A stretch of 64,000 nt of DNA. Source: Planctomycetota bacterium. GTDB taxonomy: Bacteria > Planctomycetota > JACOTG01 > JAJDCM01. Both the position numbers and the translations under genes were made by a program. The stretch is from assembly GCA_029260825.1 (NCBI GenBank), contig JAJDCM010000382.1, positions 1,221 to 65,220 on the forward strand, given 5' to 3'. Of the stretch, positions 15,757-24,723 are shown in pieces. The notes under the pieces were generated by a model that had not been told where the DNA came from, searched no databases, and worked only from the letters and a program-made list of their open reading frames with translations. Position 1 is the stretch's first letter; each line of letters opens with the position of its first letter.

Positions 15757-17928
15757 TCAATCGAGCACCTTCCTGCGCCACTCCCGGTGGAGACGCTCGG
15801 CCTGCCGGGGGCGTGTGCGGGGGTGGATGACGGTAAGAGGTTCCCTCTCGCGAAGCCGTGCTTGCCCGCCCAGAGCCAGAAGAGCCGCGCCGATGATGGT
15901 GCTTTCCTGAACCGGGCTGACAAGAAGTGACGCGCAGAGGGTGTCCGCAAGGATCTGAAGAAGATGAGGATTCCTGGAAAGTCCGCCTCCCACGGTCAGA
16001 CGAGATCGATCGGGAACGACTCGTCCAAGCCGGATCAAATTCTCCCGCACCAGGTATGCGATCGACTCCAGGAGGCCCCGAGCAAGCCCGGGAGCGTTCC
16101 GACGTCCTCGGACAACAAACCGACGCCTCGGATCCCAGAAGGGAGATCCAAGGCCTTCCTGAGCGGGAAGGACGTAGGTCCCTGCCTCTCCTCGAGCGGC
16201 GAGCTCCCCAAGACTCAACTGGTCCGCATCGTTCTGGGCGAGGAAGCCCTGGATGGAAGGTACAACCCGGTGAACCGTGCCCTCGATCAGATACTCCGCC
16301 TTACCACCCTGGCTCCAAGCAATACTGGAAAGAAGGCCGGGCACGCGATGGAGCACCGAACCCGTGTTGGCAAGTAAGAATCCACCGGTCCCCAGATTCA
16401 GGCAGGCGGGACCGGTCTGGACTTCTCCAGAACCGAATGCGGCGAGCGCAGCCTGCTGGTCTCCGATCTGGCAACGGGTGACAAGCTTTCGGCCCCCCAG
16501 CATGATCTCGGCCGGGGATCCGCAAGTATCTGCAATCTCCGGGAGGATTGACGCCGGGATGCCAAAAAGGCTCAGAAGTTCCGGATCCCAGTCTCGTCGA
16601 CGCAGGTTCATGAGAAGCATGCGGGCGGCAAGGGTTGGGTCCGTGCGGAAGATGCGCCCCTCGGACCATCGCCACAAAAGATACGTGGGAAGGGGTCCAC
16701 AGAGAAGTCGATCCGAGTGAACTCGCGTCCGACGAAGCTTCCAGGCAATCTTGCTGGCTGAATAACTGGGAGACAGGAGAAGACCGGTTCGATCTCGGAC
16801 TAGATGGGCTGAGTCCTTGCGGGCGGCAACCAGACGACGTCCTCGAGTGCACCGCCAGCTCGGAGCATCCCCGATCGGCTTTCCTGTTTCCCGATCCCAC
16901 AGAACAAAAGTCGATCTCTGGGACGCGAGTGCCACGGTGCGTACGTTTTCTTCCTCGAGCAGGAGTCGAGAGGCCTCTCGGGTTACGAGACGCTCCACGG
17001 TTTCGGCATCGAGGCCAAGCTCACCCTTGGGGCCGCGAAGCGTGGGGAGCGGTTTCCTCACCAGCTTGAGCGGAACTCCCTGATGGGAGACAAGCGCAAT
17101 TTTTACCTCCGTTGACCCCAGATCGATGGACAGCACAGGGGCCCTTGCCCGGCTCGGACGAGGGGGAGACGAACGACGTTGATCGCCGACCAGCTCCACC
17201 CAACGGATCATGCGGCCCGGGTCATCGGTGATGACTCCATCCACTCCCACTCGATGCAGTCGTGTCAGCTCCTGTCGAGTGTTCACCGTATAGGGCAAGA
17301 TCTTGCGTCCTTGTCGATGCTGATTCTTGACCCAGCTCTTGGTCACGTGAGAGCGATTCGGAACGACGAAGGAAGCCTGAATCTCAGTGGCCAATCGATT
17401 GAGAGAAAAAGAAGGACGGGAAGGATAGACGATTCCGAGCTGGAGATCAGGAGCGTTTCTTGCAGCCTCTTGAACCATCGCCGGTTCCGCCGACGTCAAC
17501 AACGCCCGGTTGAAACCACCGGTTCTCCTCAGCGCCAGAAGGACCTCCCGGACAAGAGGCTCGGCGTGGGACGGGGGACCCTTGAGTTCCACATGTACGT
17601 CGACATCCGGCCGCAGAATGGCGAGAGCTTCATCAAGAGACAACATCCTTGTTCGACGCCAGGTCTGGTTCTTGCGAAAGTCCGGTCGGACTGAGAGCTC
17701 GCAGCATTCGGCAAGGGTCATCTCCCGGATCGAGCCGTTGTGGCCACAGACCCGCCGAGTGGTTGCATCATGGTGGACCAGAGCTCGGTCGTCCGCGGTC
17801 AGCTGAACATCGAATTCGACCGCATTCACCCCTGCGGCAAGGGCTAACGAGAACGAAGGAGCGGTGTTCTCCGGAGCGCGTGCGGCCGCACCGCGGTGGC
17901 CGACGACGATCAATCCGCCCTTGGTCAT
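15757..17928 (-). CDS. Fusion protein: glycerophosphodiester phosphodiesterase (GDPD) N-domain + FGGY-family glycerol-kinase-like C-domain
   Basis: N-terminus VVGHRGAAARAPENT...EFDVQLTADDRALVHHD (GDPD). C-terminus SIDLGSTEVKIALV...WDRETGKPI...LLLSPSYSASKIAWKL...GGGLSRNPHLLQILAD...IIGAALLA (FGGY/GlpK). Confidence 0.75.
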   Translation of the reverse strand: MTKGGLIVVGHRGAAARAPENTAPSFSLALAAGVNAVEFDVQLTADDRALVHHDATTRRVCGHNGSIREMTLAECCELSVRPDFRKNQTWRRTRMLSLDEALAILRPDVDVHVELKGPPSHAEPLVREVLLALRRTGGFNRALLTSAEPAMVQEAARNAPDLQLGIVYPSRPSFSLNRLATEIQASFVVPNRSHVTKSWVKNQHRQGRKILPYTVNTRQELTRLHRVGVDGVITDDPGRMIRWVELVGDQRRSSPPRPSRARAPVLSIDLGSTEVKIALVSHQGVPLKLVRKPLPTLRGPKGELGLDAETVERLVTREASRLLLEEENVRTVALASQRSTFVLWDRETGKPIGDAPSWRCTRGRRLVAARKDSAHLVRDRTGLLLSPSYSASKIAWKLRRTRVHSDRLLCGPLPTYLLWRWSEGRIFRTDPTLAARMLLMNLRRRDWDPELLSLFGIPASILPEIADTCGSPAEIMLGGRKLVTRCQIGDQQAALAAFGSGEVQTGPACLNLGTGGFLLANTGSVLHRVPGLLSSIAWSQGGKAEYLIEGTVHRVVPSIQGFLAQNDADQLSLGELAARGEAGTYVLPAQEGLGSPFWDPRRRFVVRGRRNAPGLARGLLESIAYLVRENLIRLGRVVPDRSRLTVGGGLSRNPHLLQILADTLCASLLVSPVQESTIIGAALLALGGQARLREREPLTVIHPRTRPRQAERLHREWRRKVLD

Positions 17929-18068
17929 GAGAGTCCGTCTTGGATGAGATTCGACAAGGTCCTGGAAAAGGCGAAAACCTCGCGGGTTGCTGGCCCGGAT
18001 TTCTGCTTACCCTACTCCAAGGTATCGGCCTGGGAGGGGGCCCGACTCAAGATTCAAGAACCTCGACT

Positions 18069-21000
18069 CTACTCGGCGAGAAGATCCCGATATCGGAGGG
18101 ACTCGATCATTTCTCCCCGACTTTCGTAAAGACTTATGAGTGCGCGAATTGCCGTAAAAGTACGGTCGTGGTTCGGACCCAGGGCTGCGAGGAGACTTTT
18201 GTATCCTGACAGGAGGCTCGTCTGGGCTGCATCGAAGCGTTTTTGCTCGAGAAGGCAGGTCCCCAGATTCACTCGGGCAAAGCCGATCCTCCAGTCATCT
18301 TCCGGGAGTGCGGCAATCAGCCCTTCCAGAGACTCATTGAGCAGCATCTCGGCCTCCTCGGTTCGACCCAGATGAAAATAGCAGGCGGCAAGGTTGTTGA
18401 GAGTGAGATACGTCGCAGGATCTTCCTCGCCTCGGTGAGCCTTCCGCAGGACGAGTACCTTCTCGTAAATTCTTGAAGCATGCTTCACATTGCCTTGCTC
18501 CCTCAGAATGGAAGCCAGGGTTCCTCGGGCCGACAGGATCTCCGGGTGATAGGACATCTCACCCGTGTCAAGGCTTCCCAGGTTCAATGTTCGCAGAGCG
18601 GCCTCCGCCTTCACGAAATTTCCCTGGGCCTTGTAGACAAGAGCAAGTGAATGGCGGTGCTTGATCGTCTGGAGATGGGAGGACCCCAGGATGCGGTCAC
18701 AATCCTTGACGACGTTCAGGAATGCATTTTCTGCTCGTCCAAGATCTCCTTTTCGATAAAGAACCATCGCTCTTGAGGCTCGGACGGAAAGAAGTGCAGG
18801 GTGCTCGTAGCTGAACAGGTCAAGAAGACCCACCTGCCCGGTCGTGAAATGCTCTTCTGCCTCTTCAAGATGGCCCATCTTGAGAAGAAGTTCTCCGAGT
18901 GAGATCCGGCAAAGCAGAGTCAGTGGGTCGGAGGGACCGAGGGTCTTTGTCCTGACCTGAAACACCTTCCGGCGCTGTGACAGCGACTCGTCAAAGTTGT
19001 CGAGCTCGTCGAGGCACCTGGCGTGGTCGAGAATGGCCTCCTGGGCCCGGTGATTTTCAAGACCCAGACCCCTCGTCAGGCTTTCAGCACTCTGCTTCAG
19101 AATGATGGCAGCCTCTTCGGTTCGCTTCCGGTGCAACAAGTTGATCCCGAGGTTCCGTTGCACTTCCCGAACCATCGGATGATGAGGAGCAAGCTGGGCC
19201 AAGGATCTCTCCAGAATGTCCTTGAGGTCTTGCTCCGGGTTCCCTCCCTCGGATGAAACCGAGTTTCGTGCCTTCAGAAGGTCCAGTTCAAGGAGGATGG
19301 GATCGGCCAGGGCCGGACGATTGTTACACCAGGCTATGGCCTTTCTTAATGCTTCCGTTGCTTGCGAACCTTCACCCCGATCCTGATGCAATTTCACCAG
19401 GTTGAAGTACAGACGAACCGGGAGGGTGGTCCCGGTGTCAGGGCAAGAATTCAGCTTCTCAAGCCCGAGATTCCATTGTTCGATGGCGTGTCGTGGATTT
19501 CCCCGGGCAAGCGCAATACGACCGAGGCTCTCGGAAACCCGGACCGCAAGGAGACTACTCTTGCCGGCGATTTGCTTCAGTTCTTCAAGAACTCCCTTGG
19601 CCTCTTCAAACTTCCCGATCTCCAGAAGCACATCGGCAAGATTCTCCAGGACCATCGGTTCATGAGGGTCAGGGGAACCTGCGGCCCCGGAAACATTGTT
19701 CACGCGAACAAGCTCGTAGGCCTCTTTCAGAAATCCTTCTGCATCCTGGAGGCGAAGTTCGAGCACCAGAACATCGGCGAGATCGCAAAGCTCCTTCACC
19801 CGGCTCTTGTGATCAACGGTCTTCTCGGGTCTATTCTCCTGAGTAAGAAGCCGGCGCAGCTCTTCGGCTTCATGCAGGAGAGCGTTCCTCTTCCCATCCT
19901 TGGATGAACAAGCCACGTCTACGAGATGATCGGCGAGAACCCGACGCGTGTCCCGAATGAAAGATCGAGGGTCATCTCCTGTGGATTTCAGAAGACGTAA
20001 GGATTCCCTCAACAGGCCGATTCCCCGGTCCGACTCGCCGCAGCGAAGATAAGCCTTTCCGAGAATCGAATAGGTGATTCCTCGGGAGACCTCATCGTTG
20101 GCAAATCTGATGCTGGCCTGGTCGCTCGCCAGAGTTGTAAGTTCCGATAGAGTCAGCCGGCGATTCCCTGGGCCGTCGCTCTCTCCCAGGACATCGGAAA
20201 GGAAGGAAAGGATCCCGTCGGTCCGACGACTGTCCGTCCGTGCTTTCTGGAGTTCTTGACCGAGTTCAGCCAATTCGGTCATCAACCCCGCCGCTTTCAT
20301 CTCTTCGGCTTCAAATCGATGTTCGGCATCAACCCGAGAAGCCCGTGCGGAGTCCAGAGTCTTTTCCGCCTGCTGGTTCTTCGATTGTTCATGAAAAAGA
20401 AGAGTCACGAGGCTGGCCAAAACGAGCATTACACTTCCAGTGATCGAGCCAGCAAGGAGAGCCAATTTGGGATTCCGGCGACGAAAGAGAGAAATCCGCT
20501 GGAAAGGAGTGACGGGACGATCCGGTAGAGGCACCTTCCTTTCATGGAGGGAGACATCCCGGGCAAGGTCGGCGACGCTCGCATGGCGTCTCCGGCGATC
20601 TTTGGAGAGCGCCCTCGTCGCGATGAAGTCAAGGTCACCGGCGAGCCTGGCCGAAAGGCCGCCCTCACTCAGACCTCTTCGTTTGGCGATCTGACCCCAG
20701 TCTTCAGTAGGTGAACCTACTTGCTGGCTCGGTTTGGGTGGAGGTTGTCGAAAAAGCTGAGAGGCGGACATCTCTGTCCCTGACTCCGGCTTTTGGGCGG
20801 AAAAGATCCCGACGCCACAGATCATCTCATAGAGAACGACTCCCAGGGCGTGAACGTCCACCCGAACGTCAAGGAACTTATGAGGGTCGAGATGCTCCGG
20901 GCTGAGTCCGTCCAGGTCGGGGAAGTATTTGATAATATCAATTGCTGGTAGATGCTCGGTCTTTCTGGCAAGCCAGCTTGCGGGCCCCATTCGTTGGACT

Positions 21001-21527
21001 CTCGGAGTCGGTTTGTTGTCGCTGCTGACGACGGCAATATCTTGACTTCTCAGGCCACCATGGATGATCCCCTTCAGGTGAGCATGTTGGATTGCTTCGC
21101 AAAGTCGGAGAAAGAGAGCGCACCGATTCGAGAGCGAAACATGCTGGGTATCACAAAACTCCTGGAGTGTTGGCGCCTGAATCCAGTCCGAAATGTAGTA
21201 GGGCTGTTGCTCCTGGGTCAACCCGGATCCGAGGTTTCGTGCAAGTCCCGGGTGGCGGATGTTCGAGAGACGTTCGCTGTGTTGCGCAAAGAAAGCTCGA
21301 TCGACGGGATCGTCGAGCCGGGCGGTGAGAACATCCACCCTGACGGTTTTTGGGGTGTTTCTTGCTCCCTCCACTTCACCTCGCCAGACAGAGAATCCTG
21401 GTGTCTCCTCGATCATCTCAAGAAGATTCACGTCCTCGATCTTTGGCGCAGGTGTTCTCGCGGCGGCGGTGATGCCTCCATCACGGCCGCCTTTCTCAGA
21501 TGGGTGGCTCTGGCCCTTGAGCCCCAT
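18069..21527 (-). CDS. Large pseudokinase-TM-TPR protein (Hanks-kinase-like N-domain with degenerate catalytic motifs, single TM, long TPR array)
   Basis: Kinase-like region with HRDLKPxN replaced by HGGLRSQD, no DFG, and an altered beta3 Lys (RVDVL). Activation/APE-like LGVVLYEMICG is retained. A TM segment LLAGSITGSVMLVLASLVTLLF is followed by about 750 aa of TPR-like repeats. Confidence 0.8.
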   Translation of the reverse strand: MGLKGQSHPSEKGGRDGGITAAARTPAPKIEDVNLLEMIEETPGFSVWRGEVEGARNTPKTVRVDVLTARLDDPVDRAFFAQHSERLSNIRHPGLARNLGSGLTQEQQPYYISDWIQAPTLQEFCDTQHVSLSNRCALFLRLCEAIQHAHLKGIIHGGLRSQDIAVVSSDNKPTPRVQRMGPASWLARKTEHLPAIDIIKYFPDLDGLSPEHLDPHKFLDVRVDVHALGVVLYEMICGVGIFSAQKPESGTEMSASQLFRQPPPKPSQQVGSPTEDWGQIAKRRGLSEGGLSARLAGDLDFIATRALSKDRRRRHASVADLARDVSLHERKVPLPDRPVTPFQRISLFRRRNPKLALLAGSITGSVMLVLASLVTLLFHEQSKNQQAEKTLDSARASRVDAEHRFEAEEMKAAGLMTELAELGQELQKARTDSRRTDGILSFLSDVLGESDGPGNRRLTLSELTTLASDQASIRFANDEVSRGITYSILGKAYLRCGESDRGIGLLRESLRLLKSTGDDPRSFIRDTRRVLADHLVDVACSSKDGKRNALLHEAEELRRLLTQENRPEKTVDHKSRVKELCDLADVLVLELRLQDAEGFLKEAYELVRVNNVSGAAGSPDPHEPMVLENLADVLLEIGKFEEAKGVLEELKQIAGKSSLLAVRVSESLGRIALARGNPRHAIEQWNLGLEKLNSCPDTGTTLPVRLYFNLVKLHQDRGEGSQATEALRKAIAWCNNRPALADPILLELDLLKARNSVSSEGGNPEQDLKDILERSLAQLAPHHPMVREVQRNLGINLLHRKRTEEAAIILKQSAESLTRGLGLENHRAQEAILDHARCLDELDNFDESLSQRRKVFQVRTKTLGPSDPLTLLCRISLGELLLKMGHLEEAEEHFTTGQVGLLDLFSYEHPALLSVRASRAMVLYRKGDLGRAENAFLNVVKDCDRILGSSHLQTIKHRHSLALVYKAQGNFVKAEAALRTLNLGSLDTGEMSYHPEILSARGTLASILREQGNVKHASRIYEKVLVLRKAHRGEEDPATYLTLNNLAACYFHLGRTEEAEMLLNESLEGLIAALPEDDWRIGFARVNLGTCLLEQKRFDAAQTSLLSGYKSLLAALGPNHDRTFTAIRALISLYESRGEMIESLRYRDLLAE

Positions 21528-21869
21528 ATCGATCTCCTATCTTCCCTGACAAAGGGGTCAGCTGCTGGGTCTACCCCTCGGACCCAGTCCAGTATGAACA
21601 AAGCGATGGGAGACTGGCAATCAATTTGTTTATCTCGGGGAGAGATCGGAGGGAGGAGGATAGGGTCCTTTCTTCATTCAGGTTCACCACTTACGCTTCT
21701 GTGCTGGCTGACTGAAGAAAGTCGTATAACTTCCTATCTAGCGGGCTTCGGCTCCTCCAAGTGTTGCCTGAAGGGAGGATGCTGTCCTGGAGCGCTGAAA
21801 TCCGGACCGCTGAGGAAGGGGGCGAAATAGAGTAATTCTTTTATCGCCTTGCCCGGCAGGGAGTTTCGG

Positions 21870-22643
21870 TCAAAAAGAGTATTCTTTCCCCATTTCGACC
21901 ACGCTGATGTTGTCCCGTCCGAGGTTTTCGAGCTGCTCCATGATGGTGTCCCGATATTGAGGCTTCATGTGGACGATCTGAATCTTGACTCCGTCGACTT
22001 TGAGCTTTTTCAGCTCTTCGTCAAGAGAATGGGGGGTCAGGTGCCGGGCCACCTGGGCCAGCCCCTCCATTTCGTTTGGATAGGAAACGTCGATGAAGAT
22101 GGATTTCAGATTCTTGGCCTGATTGCAGAAGTCCCACATCCGATCCGTGCGGTAAGTGTCGGACGTGAAGCAAAAAGAGCTCTCCTTGGCCTGAAGAACC
22201 AAGGCGTGGGTCGGAATAATATGGCTTGTCGTGATCGGAGTGATCGTGAGTCCGTTGATCTCGAACGACTTTTCCTCTTCAATCTCGACGTATTCAAGAC
22301 CTTTTCCCGAGCCTTGCAAAAGATCGATCCGGTCAAAACGGGGCCAGATCAGGTCGTTGAAGATGTGTTTCTTCAGGCTCGCGATCACCGTTTTGGATCC
22401 GTAGATACGAAACGGTTCATCCAGGAACGGGAAGACCTCGGAAACAAAGAGGGGCAACGTTGCCACGTGATCAATATGCTCGTGAGTCACGACAACGTTT
22501 CGAATCTTTGTCTGCTCAGCAAGGGGAACAGCAAGTCCCAGGCTTCCACCGTCGATCGCCAGAGAGCGATTGACCAGGATGGTCGTGAGCGTCTGCAACC
22601 ACTTCGTGTTCTGAAAATGGCTGGGAAGCAATTTGACTTTCAT
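21870..22643 (-). CDS. Metallo-beta-lactamase-fold hydrolase, class II 3',5'-cyclic-nucleotide phosphodiesterase-like
   Basis: HxHxDH motif (VVVTHEHIDHV) and the N-terminal GG loop of MBL enzymes. It lies 62 nt downstream of the cyclase gene on the same strand. Confidence 0.6.
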   Translation of the reverse strand: MKVKLLPSHFQNTKWLQTLTTILVNRSLAIDGGSLGLAVPLAEQTKIRNVVVTHEHIDHVATLPLFVSEVFPFLDEPFRIYGSKTVIASLKKHIFNDLIWPRFDRIDLLQGSGKGLEYVEIEEEKSFEINGLTITPITTSHIIPTHALVLQAKESSFCFTSDTYRTDRMWDFCNQAKNLKSIFIDVSYPNEMEGLAQVARHLTPHSLDEELKKLKVDGVKIQIVHMKPQYRDTIMEQLENLGRDNISVVEMGKEYSF

Positions 22644-22705
22644 AGTTCCTCAGGAATGGCATGCCGTTCCCCGTGGGGGCGGAAGAGACGTGCCCAAGCC
22701 TCGTC

Positions 22706-24268
22706 TTACTTGGCAAAGACCTCATAGATCCGAACCGGTTTCTGTCGCCCTTTCACCTGGATCTCATGAATAAATTTGCCTTCGAATTCTTCTTTGGCCC
22801 TGTTCCAGGACTCCTCGGCCACGGCGATGCCCGATTCCGTTTCTTGCTTGGAAAGCCGTTCCGATACATTGACCGGGTCACCGATGACGGCATATTCCAG
22901 GCGATGTCTCGGACCAATGTTGCCAGCGATCACGTGCCCCGTATTGATGCCGATCCGGAGAGCGAAAGCTCGCTCCGGCGTCGATGCGTTGAATTCATGG
23001 ACTCGACGCATGAGCTCCTGGGCAGCCCTCACGCCGCATATCTCGTGCTGATCCACTTCCAAGGGAGCATTGAAGACAGCCAGGACTGCGTCCCCGATGT
23101 ACTTATTGACGTGACCCTTGTGCGCAAAGACCGCATCGGCCGACATTTCATAGAAACTGTTCAACAGCCCGTGGATTCCGGTTTCCCCGAGCTTTTCCGT
23201 CAACCCGACCGAGTTGCGAATGTCGGCGAACAACAGGGTGACTTCTTTTCGGCCGGTTACGAGCTTCCCCTCGTTCTTCATCAGAAGCTCAACCACATCC
23301 GGCGAGTGGTACTGGCCCAGACTATTTCGGAGCCGCTCTTCCTTCTCAAGCTTGATTCGAAGAGCCAGAAGATTGGCAATACCACACAAAAGAGCCTGAT
23401 CTTCACGAGAGAAAGGAAACGCCTGATTGGAACTCTCCAGGTAAATAGCTCCATGAGATGTCTCGTGATCCCAGAGGGGAACACAGAGAACGGAACGAAT
23501 CTGGTCCAGAATAATACTTTCCATGTTCTGGAACCGGGGATCCGTCGTGGCATCGCTTGTCAGGGTCGCTACATGTTCGTCAAAGGCCCGTTTGAGAATC
23601 GACGTGCTGTAACCTTTGGGTTCATCACTGAGGAACCCGTCATACCGGTCGTAATGAACCTGGGCCGAAAAGGCCTGGGTTTTCTGGTCTCGCAAGAAGA
23701 GGATTCCTCGGTCGGCCGTCATGACCTCAAAAATGGAGAGCATGACAAGACGTGTGAGATGGTCCAGGTCTCCCTGCTGGCAAAGCTTCTTCGAGATCTG
23801 ATAGAGCGAGAAGAACATCTGGGAACCCTTGCTCGTATCTCCGATCCCGGAAAGGGTGGTCTCTGCCGCCGGAGGAGGAATCGACATCGAGGCCTGGCTG
23901 TGCAAACTGAATTCCTGCAGCACCTCTTCCGCATCCGATTCAATCTTTGGACCGCTGGGCTCCGCCGGCTCGCTCTCGGAGACATCCCCCTCAAAGACAA
24001 GTTCGACTTTGCCGATCCGAATCGTATCTGCGGCTCTTAGTTCTGATTTTGTTACCGGGGACTCGTTGAGGAGGGTCCCGTTGAGACTCTGGAGATCTTC
24101 GACCGTGTAGCGTCCGTCTTCGAATTTGATGCGACAGTGCTTCCTCGAGAGAAACGGCTGATTGACCGGAAGGTCGCAATCAGGATCTCGACCAATGATG
24201 ATCGGGTTCGGACCCAACGCGATTTCCTGCTGGATTACGCCGTCGGTTTTCAGTACCAGTTTAGCCAT
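22706..24268 (-). CDS. Class III adenylate/guanylate cyclase with N-terminal FHA and GAF domains
   Basis: FHA IIIGRDPDCDLPV...SRKHCRI...LQSLNGTLLN. Cyclase motifs VTLLFADIRNSVGLTE, KYIGDAVLAVFNAP, LRIGINTGHVIAGNIG, EYAVIGDPVNVSERL. Start taken at MAKLVLKTDG (24268). Confidence 0.85.
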   Translation of the reverse strand: MAKLVLKTDGVIQQEIALGPNPIIIGRDPDCDLPVNQPFLSRKHCRIKFEDGRYTVEDLQSLNGTLLNESPVTKSELRAADTIRIGKVELVFEGDVSESEPAEPSGPKIESDAEEVLQEFSLHSQASMSIPPPAAETTLSGIGDTSKGSQMFFSLYQISKKLCQQGDLDHLTRLVMLSIFEVMTADRGILFLRDQKTQAFSAQVHYDRYDGFLSDEPKGYSTSILKRAFDEHVATLTSDATTDPRFQNMESIILDQIRSVLCVPLWDHETSHGAIYLESSNQAFPFSREDQALLCGIANLLALRIKLEKEERLRNSLGQYHSPDVVELLMKNEGKLVTGRKEVTLLFADIRNSVGLTEKLGETGIHGLLNSFYEMSADAVFAHKGHVNKYIGDAVLAVFNAPLEVDQHEICGVRAAQELMRRVHEFNASTPERAFALRIGINTGHVIAGNIGPRHRLEYAVIGDPVNVSERLSKQETESGIAVAEESWNRAKEEFEGKFIHEIQVKGRQKPVRIYEVFAK

Positions 24269-24723
24269 CGTGTCCCTTAGCCTCTTTACGGGCCGCTTGT
24301 CAGAATTTGAGCCCGGCCTTCTCGCACATCTCAAAGCGATCGAATGTTTTAACCTTATTAGAGTGGCAACGGAAGGAGCTTTGAGCGTCAGCCAGACGAA
24401 GGCCCTTCTGTTGTTTGGCTGTTACCGTAACAGCTTGAATGACTTATCTGCAAGCACATGACATGACTAAGCTTGGTCATGACTTGCCATCGTAGGTAGG
24501 GGTTCCGTTAGCGGGGGCCGGTCTCAGTTGAGTCCCGATCTCTGGAAACGAAATGTAATCTGATCAAGGAAATCCTCCGGTTGTTCCAAACCGCCCAGCG
24601 AGGCACCAGGGATCGTGGTGAAGGAAGGGCCACCCGAGAAGAGTCTTGTCGGGGTCGTTTGTCCTGAAAATCGGAGCAAAAACCGGATCGATGAAAGACT
24701 TCAACTGGAATGGGAGCGCAGCG

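Noticed and set aside
22661-24040. 459-aa plus-strand ORF and 292-aa ORF 21849..22727
   Set aside because: Antisense shadows of the cyclase and phosphodiesterase genes.
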